DNA from: an uncultured Clostridia bacterium
GTDB lineage: Bacteria > Acidobacteriota > Blastocatellia > UBA7656
Length of the DNA stretch: 42,743 nucleotides
Assembly: GCA_964588615.1 (NCBI GenBank)
Contig: CAZPQE010000001.1
Span: 1 to 42,743, forward strand
Direction of reading: 5' to 3'
Part shown: piece by piece, positions 1 through 8,028 of the stretch
How the letters are laid out: the number at the start of each line of letters is the position of its first letter
Numbering within the stretch: the first letter of the stretch is position 1
Position numbers and translations under genes: made by a program
The notes under the pieces: generated by a model
Seen by the model: the letters and a program-made list of their open reading frames with translations, nothing else
Told to the model about the DNA's origin: nothing
The model's database searches: none

Positions 1-1
1 G

Positions 2-883
2 TCAGCCTCAGAGCTTGGCCTTCCAAAAGCCTATGGGTCTTACGAGGAACTGCTGGCCGACCCTGAAATCGAAGCCGTTTACAATCCGCTTCCCAATCAT
101 CTTCATGTCGAGTGGTCGATCAGGGCGGCAGAGTCGGGCAAGCATGTGTTGTGCGAAAAGCCTCTCAGCCTCAGTGTCGAAGAAGCTCGAAGACTGCTCG
201 ACGTTCGAGACCGGACTGGCATGAAGGTGGAAGAGGCTTTCATGGTGCGGACGCATCCGCAGTGGTTGACTGCTGTTGATCTGGTCAGGCAGGGCCGAAT
301 CGGAGACGCGCGCTCTATCGCGGGATGTTTCAGCTACTTCAATCGCGACCCTCGCAACATACGCAACATAAGAGAGTGCGGCGGCGGCGCGCTGATGGAT
401 ATAGGCTGCTATCTCGTAAACATTTCGAGGCTGGTTTTCGATCAGGAGCCGCGACGTGTGGTTGGTCTTGCGGAGACGGACCCGGGGATGAAGATCGATG
501 TTCTGACCTCGGCCATACTCGATTTTCCATCCGGGCAGGCCGTATTCACCTGCGGCACGCAGATGGCTGCTTATCAGCGGGTGAATATCTTCGGCTCAGG
601 CGGTCGCATCGAGATCGAGATACCGTTCAACGCTCCCAATGATCGCCCGTGCCGCATATTCGTCGATGACGGATCGGATTTGTTCGGCGTAGGCATCCAG
701 ACGCTTGAGTTCGAGACCTGCGATCAATACACGATTCAGGGAGACCTGTTTTCAAAAGCGATACGCGAAGGCAGCGAGGCGGCTATCAGGCTGGAGGACT
801 CCATAAAAAACATGGCAGTGATCGAAGCTGTTTTTCGATCCGCCGAGTCAGGCAGGTGGGAGGTTCCTGAGAGCGCGAGATAA
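2..883 (+). CDS. Gfo/Idh/MocA family NAD(P)-dependent oxidoreductase (5' end cut by window edge)
   Basis: Frame 2 is open from position 2 (ELGLPKAYGSYEELLADPEIEAVYNPLPNHLHVEWSIRAAESGKHVLCEKP), so the ORF-track Met at 146 is internal. The EKP motif followed by an alpha/beta C-terminal domain is typical of this family. Confidence 0.85.
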   Translation, partial: SASELGLPKAYGSYEELLADPEIEAVYNPLPNHLHVEWSIRAAESGKHVLCEKPLSLSVEEARRLLDVRDRTGMKVEEAFMVRTHPQWLTAVDLVRQGRIGDARSIAGCFSYFNRDPRNIRNIRECGGGALMDIGCYLVNISRLVFDQEPRRVVGLAETDPGMKIDVLTSAILDFPSGQAVFTCGTQMAAYQRVNIFGSGGRIEIEIPFNAPNDRPCRIFVDDGSDLFGVGIQTLEFETCDQYTIQGDLFSKAIREGSEAAIRLEDSIKNMAVIEAVFRSAESGRWEVPESAR

Positions 884-1127
884 CGGAAGCGTTTCTGCTG
901 CGGGCGGAGAATGAACTGCGAGTCGTTGGCTGAGAAAGCGGGCCGAATCGACAGTCACGTTTTCGAATTGAGCGCATCGACATGGTTGAGGCCCGCGACC
1001 ATCAATTCAGTCATCTGGCCTGCGGGAGCGTGACTTCGACGAGCGACTGATGGCGGCGCTACCTGATAGCCGAAGTCACGAGTTTCTCTCTTTCACCCTG
1101 CAGCATCTCGGCCATAAAAAATTGCGC

Positions 1128-2429
1128 TCATTCATCTCTGTCTCGAAAGATGAAGTAAAGCGCGGCTCCGACGATCATCGCCGCTGCGCCTGCTATCGCC
1201 TGCGTTCGGTCGATCCCCGTCAGCAGCCAGACCGATATGGCAGCCGCAAGCGCGGGAATTGTCGCCCCTCCGCGAAGGCGAAACTCTCCGCGACCTGCGC
1301 GACGACGCAGGACGGGAACGGACAAACACGTTGTCGCGCTGAAAAGCAGTCGGGCCATCGCGCTCATCGCCACAAGCCAGACGAAATCGCTCAATATAGC
1401 CATCGCCCAGACGACGAGCGCGAATGCTATGACCGCCGTATGCGGAGTGCGATAACGCGAATGCACGCGGGCAAGGAGGGAGGGAAGCTGACGGCCCTGA
1501 GCCATAGAGTAGAGAATGCGAGGGCCGACCAGTGAGAGCGCGCTTTCGCTTCCGGTAGTCGAGAGTATCGCGCCCGCCGTGATTGTCGCCGCGCCCGCAG
1601 CGCCGAGAAACCCGCGTCCCGCCGAAGCGAGAGGCGTCGGATCGTCTGCAAGCCCGGTGAGCGTGCCGAGCGCGACGACCTGAATCAAAATGTAAAGCGC
1701 AGTCGTCACCGCTATCGAGACCAGCAGGGCGATGGGCAGATTGCGCCGCGGGTTTTTCACTTCTTCCGCAGGGATCGAAGCGTTTTCGAATCCGCCGAAT
1801 GCGAATATCAACGCGAGACTCGATTGTCGCAAACCTCCCGCCTCGGGTAGAGTGAAAAATTCTATGCGACTGCTATCGATGAAAAACAATCCGACGGAGA
1901 CGAACAACAAAAGAGGGAGGAGCTTGGCAATCGTGAACAGGTTCACCACCCACGTGCCGTAGCGGACGCCCAGCACATTGAGCCACGCAAGCGCGGCAAT
2001 GAGTATCGTGATACAGATGGCCCGACCCATGCCGCTTCCAAGCGGCGTCCAGAAATATCCGAGGTAACGCGCGAATGCGTCGCTGATGGCCGCTCCTGCT
2101 GCAAGTCGCGACAACAAAAACATCCACCCGACTTCGAATCCGAGGAAACGACCGAACGCCTCGCGCGCATAAAGATAAGGCCCGCCCGTCTGCTCGAACC
2201 TGCTGCCCGCTTCGGCGAAGCACAACGCGATGAGGGTTATCGCCAGAGCCGCGATGACATAAGCCGCGGGACTTGCAGGCCCAAGCGTCTTCGCCACCGT
2301 CGCAGGCAGCACGAATATGCCCGACCCTATGACGCCGTTCAAAGAAATGGCTGTGAGACCGAACAGGCCGACGGCCCGCACGAGTTCGGGAGCAGTCGAT
2401 TGAGAGACATTTACTTTGAGATTATTCAC
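1128..2429 (-). CDS. APC-superfamily amino acid permease
   Basis: 433-aa protein, hydrophobic throughout and consistent with multiple TM segments. N-terminal GSGIFVLP motif is typical of APC amino-acid/polyamine transporters. GTG start. Confidence 0.85.
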   Translation of the reverse strand: MNNLKVNVSQSTAPELVRAVGLFGLTAISLNGVIGSGIFVLPATVAKTLGPASPAAYVIAALAITLIALCFAEAGSRFEQTGGPYLYAREAFGRFLGFEVGWMFLLSRLAAGAAISDAFARYLGYFWTPLGSGMGRAICITILIAALAWLNVLGVRYGTWVVNLFTIAKLLPLLLFVSVGLFFIDSSRIEFFTLPEAGGLRQSSLALIFAFGGFENASIPAEEVKNPRRNLPIALLVSIAVTTALYILIQVVALGTLTGLADDPTPLASAGRGFLGAAGAATITAGAILSTTGSESALSLVGPRILYSMAQGRQLPSLLARVHSRYRTPHTAVIAFALVVWAMAILSDFVWLVAMSAMARLLFSATTCLSVPVLRRRAGRGEFRLRGGATIPALAAAISVWLLTGIDRTQAIAGAAAMIVGAALYFIFRDRDE

Positions 2430-2444
2430 CTACTCTATCTCTCG

Positions 2445-2801
2445 GTGTCAGTAGCCCAACCGTGAGGGAATGAGCTTTGAAAAAATAATGCAACCAGTTT
2501 CAGCCCCAACGGGGCAATGCCATTAAGTTAAGCTGTGTGTCAGTAGCCCGATGGTGAGGGAGGGCCAGTAGAATCAAGCCCTTGCTGACGCGCGGGCTAC
2601 TGACACCTTTAAGCCGCCCCCTTAACTTAATGGCATTGCCCTTCGGGGCTTGTCCTCATTGCGACGATTCTCCCCAAGCCGTTGACCTGGGCTGTCATAG
2701 AGTCACTCCTTTGGAGCTTTAGGCAACGCGGAAAATGCCCTGCTGGTTTTATTACTTTTTCAAAGTTTGTCAACCCTTGCTGACGCGCGGGCTACTGACA
2801 C
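2445..2801. repeat. Composite nested palindrome: a split copy of the 70-bp palindromic element enclosing two further inverted-repeat layers and a complete inner copy
   Basis: Left arm 2445-2475 (GTGTCAGTAGCCCaACCGTGAGGGAatGAGC) pairs with right arm 2772-2801 (aACCCTTGCTGACGCGCGGGCTACTGACAC). Layer 2 is 2475-2497 vs 2743-2765. Layer 3 is 2502-2533 vs 2621-2650. The innermost layer is the full copy at 2537-2606. Confidence 0.8.
2537..2606. repeat. REP/MITE-like palindromic element, full copy (orientation B-arm...A-arm)
   Basis: GTGTCAGTAGCCCG...CGGGCTACTGACAC 14-nt terminal inverted repeats. Sub-terminal arms are ATGGTGAGGGAGGGC and GCCCTTGCTGACGCG. Confidence 0.85.
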
Positions 2802-2857
2802 CACTGAGCCGTCGATGACATTGGGCTAAATCGAACCACACAACATTGGCTCAAGGT

Positions 2858-2934
2858 TTGTCGGTAGCCCGACCGTAAGGGAGGGCTGGATACTCATAAG
2901 CTCAAGCCCGCGCTCAAGCTTGGACTACTGACAC
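2858..2934. repeat. REP/MITE-like palindromic element, degenerate copy
   Basis: ttGTCgGTAGCCCGACCGTaAGGGAGGGC ... GCCCgcGCTCAaGCttGGaCTACTGACAC. Same architecture as the other copies, with several mismatches. Confidence 0.7.
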
Positions 2935-2971
2935 CGAGCCACCTGGGTGTACCAATCTCATAAGGTTTGAT

Positions 2972-3955
2972 TTAGACATTATTGAGAATCGAAAGCGCGG
3001 TGAGGCTGAAAATCCTCTGCTTCTCGCGCTCCGGTATACTCAGATTTTCTATAGAAGAAACCGCTCGCTCGATTGAGCCGAGCATGTGCGGATAATCGCT
3101 TCCCATCACCAATCTGTCCGCTCCGACAAGATCGCGCGCCATGCGGAGAGTGTAAGGGCTGAAAGTCACAGTGTCGTAGTACAACTCTTTGAGGTACAGG
3201 CTTGGCAGTTGATCTATCTTCACTCGACACTCGGCAAAATCGCGGTATCCGTTATCGAGTCTCTCCATCAGGTAAGGTATCGCGCCTCCGAGATGGCCGA
3301 TGATCCAGCGAATGTCCGGAAAGTCGCGAAACATTCCATCGAAGCACATGCGCGCGACGGCAAGCGTGGTGTCGAATGGAAAAGCTACCAAAGGCCCAAG
3401 CACATATTCGTTGAAAGCTTCGGTGTTTGCAGGAAGCATCGGATGCAGAAAGATGCAAAGCCGCATTCGATTGGCTTCTTCGAAGAAGGAGCGATAGACG
3501 GGCGAAGTCAAAGCGCGCCCCCTGATGTTGCTCAACAAAATGACCCCGTTCATTTTGAGTTCATCGATTGCGCGATGAAGTTCTGCAATGGCCGCGTCAG
3601 GCGCGTCCTTCGGGATCGAGGCGAATCCCTTGAATCGATCCAGGTGAAGAGAGATCAAGTCGGCGTAAGCGTCGTTTACAGCGCGAGCCACCTCAGGTTG
3701 CCGCGACTCATCAGCGAAAAAGACATTGGGAGTCGAAAGCGACAACACTTCAACATCGATGCCGACGCGATCCATGTCTTCGAGTCGCTTTGCGGGATCG
3801 GTCATCGGCTGTGTGATGCCGAAGAAGCGGGCGTTACGGTGCTTGATGATGGTTCGCCCCGCAGGGTCTTTGTCGAATGAAAATTCGGAAGGGGTGTCTC
3901 GAATCATCTGAAAATAAGATTCGGGGTAGTAGTGCGTGTGCAGATCGAGCTTCAT
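2972..3955 (-). CDS. Amidohydrolase-2 family protein (ACMSD / LigW / resorcylate-decarboxylase-type metal-dependent hydrolase)
   Basis: N-terminal MKLDLHTHYYP (metal-binding HxH) and C-terminal GSDYPH motifs. I prefer the Met at 3955 over the ORF-track start at 4006 because it forms an ATGA stop/start overlap with the upstream small ORF. Confidence 0.8.
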   Translation of the reverse strand: MKLDLHTHYYPESYFQMIRDTPSEFSFDKDPAGRTIIKHRNARFFGITQPMTDPAKRLEDMDRVGIDVEVLSLSTPNVFFADESRQPEVARAVNDAYADLISLHLDRFKGFASIPKDAPDAAIAELHRAIDELKMNGVILLSNIRGRALTSPVYRSFFEEANRMRLCIFLHPMLPANTEAFNEYVLGPLVAFPFDTTLAVARMCFDGMFRDFPDIRWIIGHLGGAIPYLMERLDNGYRDFAECRVKIDQLPSLYLKELYYDTVTFSPYTLRMARDLVGADRLVMGSDYPHMLGSIERAVSSIENLSIPEREKQRIFSLTALSILNNV

Positions 3956-4218
3956 CGATTTTTCCTCGTCGAGAAAATGGCCTCTCCGGTTGCAGAGGCA
4001 ATACAATGCAAGTGCCCCGCGACGCCGCTAATTCCTGATGACATCTGGTAGAGATCGGTAGCGACCTCGAAATCTTCTTTTCTGACCTCCGTCTTCAACG
4101 ATTGCCATTCTTTAGTCGGACGGATCGGTTGCCAGTCCGCTCTGCGACCGACTTTCACAGGCATAGCGAAGTCTTTGATGTGGGCGTTTCCATCGATAGG
4201 GAACGCTGCCGCTTTCAT
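3952..4218 (-). CDS. Hypothetical small protein (88 aa), possibly translationally coupled to the amidohydrolase
   Basis: Its TGA stop overlaps the amidohydrolase ATG as ATGA (plus-strand tcat at 3952-3955). The composition looks coding, but I recognise no family. Confidence 0.3.
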   Translation of the reverse strand: MKAAAFPIDGNAHIKDFAMPVKVGRRADWQPIRPTKEWQSLKTEVRKEDFEVATDLYQMSSGISGVAGHLHCIASATGEAIFSTRKNR

Positions 4219-4612
4219 CGAATCGCAGTTCGAGCGCAGGTATCGCCGCGGAGAATGTCGGCGCGCGAAGGCTGCAGCGGCGCTTGCGCTGCGTTCTTAC
4301 CGGTCAGCGCAAGCAGGAGAGGACACACGAATCGAAGCAAAAATTTTCGCCGCAACGATCAACCTCGCGATAGTGAGAGTGACGCCGGAACGATAAGCCG
4401 CAGGGCGAACATCGCTCATCCCAAAGGCGCGCGCTTCGAACATACCGGACTTCAAAAGCAGAGTTTCTGAAAAGCCCTAAAGCCTCGATCTGCCAGGCAA
4501 ACGCGCAAGGCGCGTGCGCCGTAGGCTTGCGACACAAATTTGAAACTGCGGCTTTGCCGCTTTGATGTGCGGGAAGTCTCAGACTTTCCAGAAGTGTGGT
4601 TCTCCATTCCTT

Positions 4613-4683
4613 GCGGCTGCGCCGCACAGAGGCTCTGCCTCGACAGGTAATCTTGAGGCGCAGCCTCCAGGCGGCGCAGCCGC
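4613..4683. repeat. Perfect 13-bp inverted repeat (GCGGCTGCGCCGC / GCGGCGCAGCCGC) with 45-nt spacer, in a spacer with no credible gene
   Basis: Read directly from the sequence. A further 7-bp hairpin, GTGAGCC-tgc-GGCTCAC, follows at about 4692-4708. Confidence 0.7.
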
Positions 4684-4837
4684 TTGTCTTTCAATCATCC
4701 GGTGAGCCTGCGGCTCACTGCGCATCCGAGCGGCATAGCCCCAACGAGCCATCTCCGCAAAGATGTGTCGCAAGCTGAGGGCGGAATCTCCCGGGTCAGT
4801 CGACTTTTTCCTTGTCAGCCTGCTTTGCCATAGCCTT

Positions 4838-6424
4838 TCACTGGCGCGTTGCCTGCACGACTGCGCCTTCGGGCTTGCTCGCGCTGTTAATGAAGGCCGC
4901 CACATCTTTGTGCAACTGCTCGCGCGATTTCTTTTCGATGTACATCATGTGACCGGCTTCGTAATAAGTGAAGCTGACGTTTTTGCGAATAGCCGGTTCC
5001 AGGCTCATGTGCGCAACGGTGTGTTCGATGCCGTTGAAGGGCGTGGCCACGTCGTAATAGCCGCTCACGACAAGCACTTTCAAACTGCCCTGCTGAGTCA
5101 TCGCCGAGCGCAGGGCTTCGCCCGCCTGACCGGGCTGCCCCTGATCCCACGGCTGAACCCGCCCGCTGAGTGTGTAGTACATATCCGTGTTCCACTTCAA
5201 CTCTTTCCGCACATAATCCTGAAACGTGGCTATGTAGGAGCCGTTGTATGACGCGAGGCTCGCGTCGTATTCGTAACGCTCTCCGGCTGCGTCCGCGTCC
5301 ATCCCTAAAAAGCGCGAATCTATTCGCCCGATAGTCCGTCGCTTATCTCGCATCAGTTCCTTGAACCATCGCTGCGGGCTTATGCGAAGGTTGGTCTGTT
5401 CGATGTACTCAGGCGAAAGCGCGGTCAGGCGGGCGAGGCTGCGAACTATTTTCTGGCGTTCGGCGGCGGGGAGTTGATCGCCCTTTTCGAGAGCCGCCGC
5501 GTATTCTCCGTGAGCGAACTGACGAGCCGTCTCCGCTATTTCGGCGATGCTCATTTTTTGAAGATCGGGCGCGAGCAGCTTGTGATACCACGCCGAGACG
5601 ACGAACGTGGGGAGAAAGAATATCGTGCGATCATCCGCGCCCCAGTTGCCGAAGCCCACGGCGGAGACAAGCACGATGCCGTTGAGATAAATTTGGTGGC
5701 GCTGCTGCAACACGAGTGACAGTTGAGCCGAGCGCGTAGTGCCGTAGCTTTCGCCTATGAGAAATTTCGGCGAGGCCCATCGCTCGTTGCGCGTGAGGTA
5801 TTGATAAATGAAATCGGCGAAGTATGTGGCGTCCTGCACAAGCCCGTAAAACTGCGCGGTGTTTTCGCCCGCCACTGGACGACTGTATCCGGTCGAGATG
5901 GCGTCTACGAAAACCAGATCGGTGGCGTCGAGAAACGAATCGCCGTTTTCCGTGACCGAGTAAGGCGCGGGCATACCCTGCCCGTCGTCGGTCAGCACTA
6001 CGCGCCTGGGGCCAAGCCCCATGTGCGTGTAGGAAGAAGCCGATCCGGGGCCGCCGTTGTAGACGAACGACAATGGGCGTTTCGGGATATCCGAGTCGTC
6101 TTTGGTGTAGGCGACGAAGAAGAAAGTCGCTTTCGGCGCTCCGTCATCGGATTTGATGACGTAAGTGGCGGCGGTGGCGGTGTAATTGATCGGCTGTCCG
6201 CCGATGCGGGCGGTATGGCGGGTTACGGAAGTTTTTTCTTCGGGCGGAGGCAGGCGGCGCGTCTGTCCTTCGGGCTGTTGTGTTTGTTGGGGCGGCTGCG
6301 GTTGTTGTTCGCCGAACCGCCCGCCTCGCTGCGGGTTGGCCTGCCCCAGGGCGATTGATGTCAGCAGCACCGATGCCATCAGCAGCGCGCTGATTCCTCC
6401 TCCTATGATGCGACTGATTCTCAT
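4838..6424 (-). CDS. Peptidase S10 family serine carboxypeptidase, exported
   Basis: NGGPGSAS and GESYG(T) catalytic-serine motifs. N-terminal signal peptide (MRISRIIGGGISALLMASVLLTSIALGQA). AAGGAGA Shine-Dalgarno upstream of the ATG. Confidence 0.85.
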   Translation of the reverse strand: MRISRIIGGGISALLMASVLLTSIALGQANPQRGGRFGEQQPQPPQQTQQPEGQTRRLPPPEEKTSVTRHTARIGGQPINYTATAATYVIKSDDGAPKATFFFVAYTKDDSDIPKRPLSFVYNGGPGSASSYTHMGLGPRRVVLTDDGQGMPAPYSVTENGDSFLDATDLVFVDAISTGYSRPVAGENTAQFYGLVQDATYFADFIYQYLTRNERWASPKFLIGESYGTTRSAQLSLVLQQRHQIYLNGIVLVSAVGFGNWGADDRTIFFLPTFVVSAWYHKLLAPDLQKMSIAEIAETARQFAHGEYAAALEKGDQLPAAERQKIVRSLARLTALSPEYIEQTNLRISPQRWFKELMRDKRRTIGRIDSRFLGMDADAAGERYEYDASLASYNGSYIATFQDYVRKELKWNTDMYYTLSGRVQPWDQGQPGQAGEALRSAMTQQGSLKVLVVSGYYDVATPFNGIEHTVAHMSLEPAIRKNVSFTYYEAGHMMYIEKKSREQLHKDVAAFINSASKPEGAVVQATRQ

Positions 6425-6629
6425 GATGTCTCCTTATTTCCTGTAGCGTGACTGCAAGTGACTTGCAGATAATTCCACTGGATCGTTTTTCGTTCGACCG
6501 CGGCGAGAAGACGGAAGTTTCGAGCGCGCCTCTTTCTACGAATCAAAGTTTTTCACCTCGCGGCGACGATTCGATTGCGCGAGATATACTGCGAACGGTC
6601 ATGGATTGCGGTTTTGATTGAGCGATCCT

Positions 6630-6705
6630 GTGTCAGTAGCCCGCGCGTGAGCAAGGGCTGAGACTGAGCCAACCAAGCCCTCCCTCACGGTCGGGCTACT
6701 GACAC
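6630..6705. repeat. REP/MITE-like palindromic element, full copy (orientation A-arm...B-arm)
   Basis: GTGTCAGTAGCCCGCGCGTGAGCAAGGGC-loop-GCCCTCCCTCACGGTCGGGCTACTGACAC. It is the reverse orientation of the copy at 2537-2606. Confidence 0.85.
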
Positions 6706-6793
6706 GATTTGCTTCGAAAAGCTCAATTTGTGACCGTGCGCAGTATATTATCACAATGCGTTTGAGGATTGAATGACGATGAGGAAGGTCGCT

Positions 6794-7054
6794 TCAGATT
6801 TTATTTTCATAAAGGTCGGCAAGCGGGAAGCAGAGACCATAATCATCCCAGACCAAATCGCCATGCTCCAATCTGAAACCGGCGAACTTCTGCGGGTCGA
6901 GGTATTGGCGAATCAAAGGGTTTCGCGACCCTTTCAGAAAAGGCTCGAAATCTATGATCGTTTCTTTTCCGTCGTTGAAGCGCAGTTTCAGTTTATAGCC
7001 TGACATCTGTTCTGCCAGAACTATATCGATGATGGCATCTTCCGCGAGGATCAT
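6794..7054 (-). CDS. DUF2442 domain protein
   Basis: The sequence YKLKLRFNDGKETIIDFEPFL...GDLVWDDYGLCFPLADLY is typical of DUF2442. I chose the internal Met at 7054 because it makes an ATGA overlap with the DUF4160 stop and has a GAGGA Shine-Dalgarno. Confidence 0.75.
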   Translation of the reverse strand: MILAEDAIIDIVLAEQMSGYKLKLRFNDGKETIIDFEPFLKGSRNPLIRQYLDPQKFAGFRLEHGDLVWDDYGLCFPLADLYENKI

Positions 7055-7356
7055 TTGATCCTCTGAGTGATTTTCTGCGGCTCTATCGGTCTGTGAAGCA
7101 CGAAGTAGTCTATCCATTTTTGCACGATCTCATCGGCATAATGCTCAGTCAAAGTCTGAAAGTTTTTCATCTCTGTTTTGCTCAGAGGCTTTCTTCCTTT
7201 GACCGAAGAATAGATGATTTCAACGACTCTTCCATTCTCAACGATCATTTCAGCCTTGCTTTCTCTGCTCTGGCATTTGCCGTGAACATGAATCGGTTCA
7301 TGCTCGTTGGAGTAGAAAAGCACGATGATTCCGAAATACTCATATAGCTTCGGCAT
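7051..7356 (-). CDS. DUF4160 domain protein
   Basis: The N-terminus MPKLYEYFGIIVLFYSNEHEPIHVHGK is the hallmark of DUF4160, and it sits in the usual pairing with DUF2442. Confidence 0.8.
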   Translation of the reverse strand: MPKLYEYFGIIVLFYSNEHEPIHVHGKCQSRESKAEMIVENGRVVEIIYSSVKGRKPLSKTEMKNFQTLTEHYADEIVQKWIDYFVLHRPIEPQKITQRIK

Positions 7357-7410
7357 CTCGTTGTCATTTTGCCATCGTGAATAATTTCACATCAAGCGAT
7401 TGTGCTGGGA

Positions 7411-8025
7411 TTATTTCCTCAACCTCTGAAGCCGGCGCAACTCTTCATAAACTTCAATGACACGTTTGCGAGTTTCCTCGAAGGTTCCCGATGTGTCTAT
7501 TTCATAATCGGCATATTTGCGCTTTTCATCCGACGACATCTGAGCGCGGATGCGAAGCTCGGCCCCTTCGCGCGACAGGTTGTTTCGCCGCATCAGACGT
7601 TCAAGCTGAGACCGAGCGTCGCAGTAAACGACGATGAGTTTGTCCAGTCGTTTGTATCCGCCCGATTCGATCATCAAAGCCGCGTCTATTATCGCTATCC
7701 CATCAGGCGTTCGCTCTTCTATTTCTGCGAGCAAACGATTCTGTTCCCGGATGACTCGCGGATGGACGATTTCATTGAGCCGCTTTCTTCTTTCCTCGTC
7801 TGCGAAAACCACCGCGCCTAGTTTCCCGCGATCAATCGTTTGGTCGGCAGCAAGAATCTCTTCTCCGAACTCGCTGACCACATCGCTGTAAGCCTCGCGC
7901 CCCGGCTCCATCACCGAGTGAGCTATCTTGTCGGCGTCGAGCGTGGCGCAGCCAAGACAGCGAAAGACCGCAAGCACAGAGCTTTTCCCTACAGCTATGC
8001 TTCCAGTGAGTCCGACTTTGAGCAT
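7411..8025 (-). CDS. coaE: Dephospho-CoA kinase
   Basis: The N-terminal P-loop GLTGSIAVGKS, the length (204 aa) and the overall pattern are typical of CoaE. It starts 3 nt after the stop of the upstream gene. Confidence 0.9.
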   Translation of the reverse strand: MLKVGLTGSIAVGKSSVLAVFRCLGCATLDADKIAHSVMEPGREAYSDVVSEFGEEILAADQTIDRGKLGAVVFADEERRKRLNEIVHPRVIREQNRLLAEIEERTPDGIAIIDAALMIESGGYKRLDKLIVVYCDARSQLERLMRRNNLSREGAELRIRAQMSSDEKRKYADYEIDTSGTFEETRKRVIEVYEELRRLQRLRK

Positions 8026-8028
8026 ATT

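Noticed and set aside
884-1127. Possible gene fragment or sRNA between the convergent oxidoreductase and permease genes
   Set aside because: Only short interrupted reading frames are present (for example MAEMLQGEREKLVTSAIR*). There are no convincing motifs or strong hairpins, so the evidence is not enough to call anything.
2823-2850. tRNA-like fragment (TCGAACC-type T-loop strings at about 2831 and about 13831)
   Set aside because: No acceptor stem, anticodon arm or cloverleaf can be built around either string. They are isolated heptamers.
2445-2934. Possible CRISPR array, given several similar ~30-nt repeats in a 500-bp spacer
   Set aside because: The repeats occur in inverted rather than direct orientation. 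Their spacing is irregular and nested, the same element occurs singly at four distant loci, and no cas genes are present. This is a REP/MITE-like family, not CRISPR.
4304-4905. 107-aa and 108-aa minus-strand ORFs, plus the plus-strand ORFs 4102-4470 and 4763-5251, in the spacer that has no credible gene
   Set aside because: They overlap one another, are rich in Arg/Ser/Ala/Cys, lack Shine-Dalgarno sequences and show no family resemblance. The 4763-5251 ORF is largely antisense to the S10 peptidase gene.
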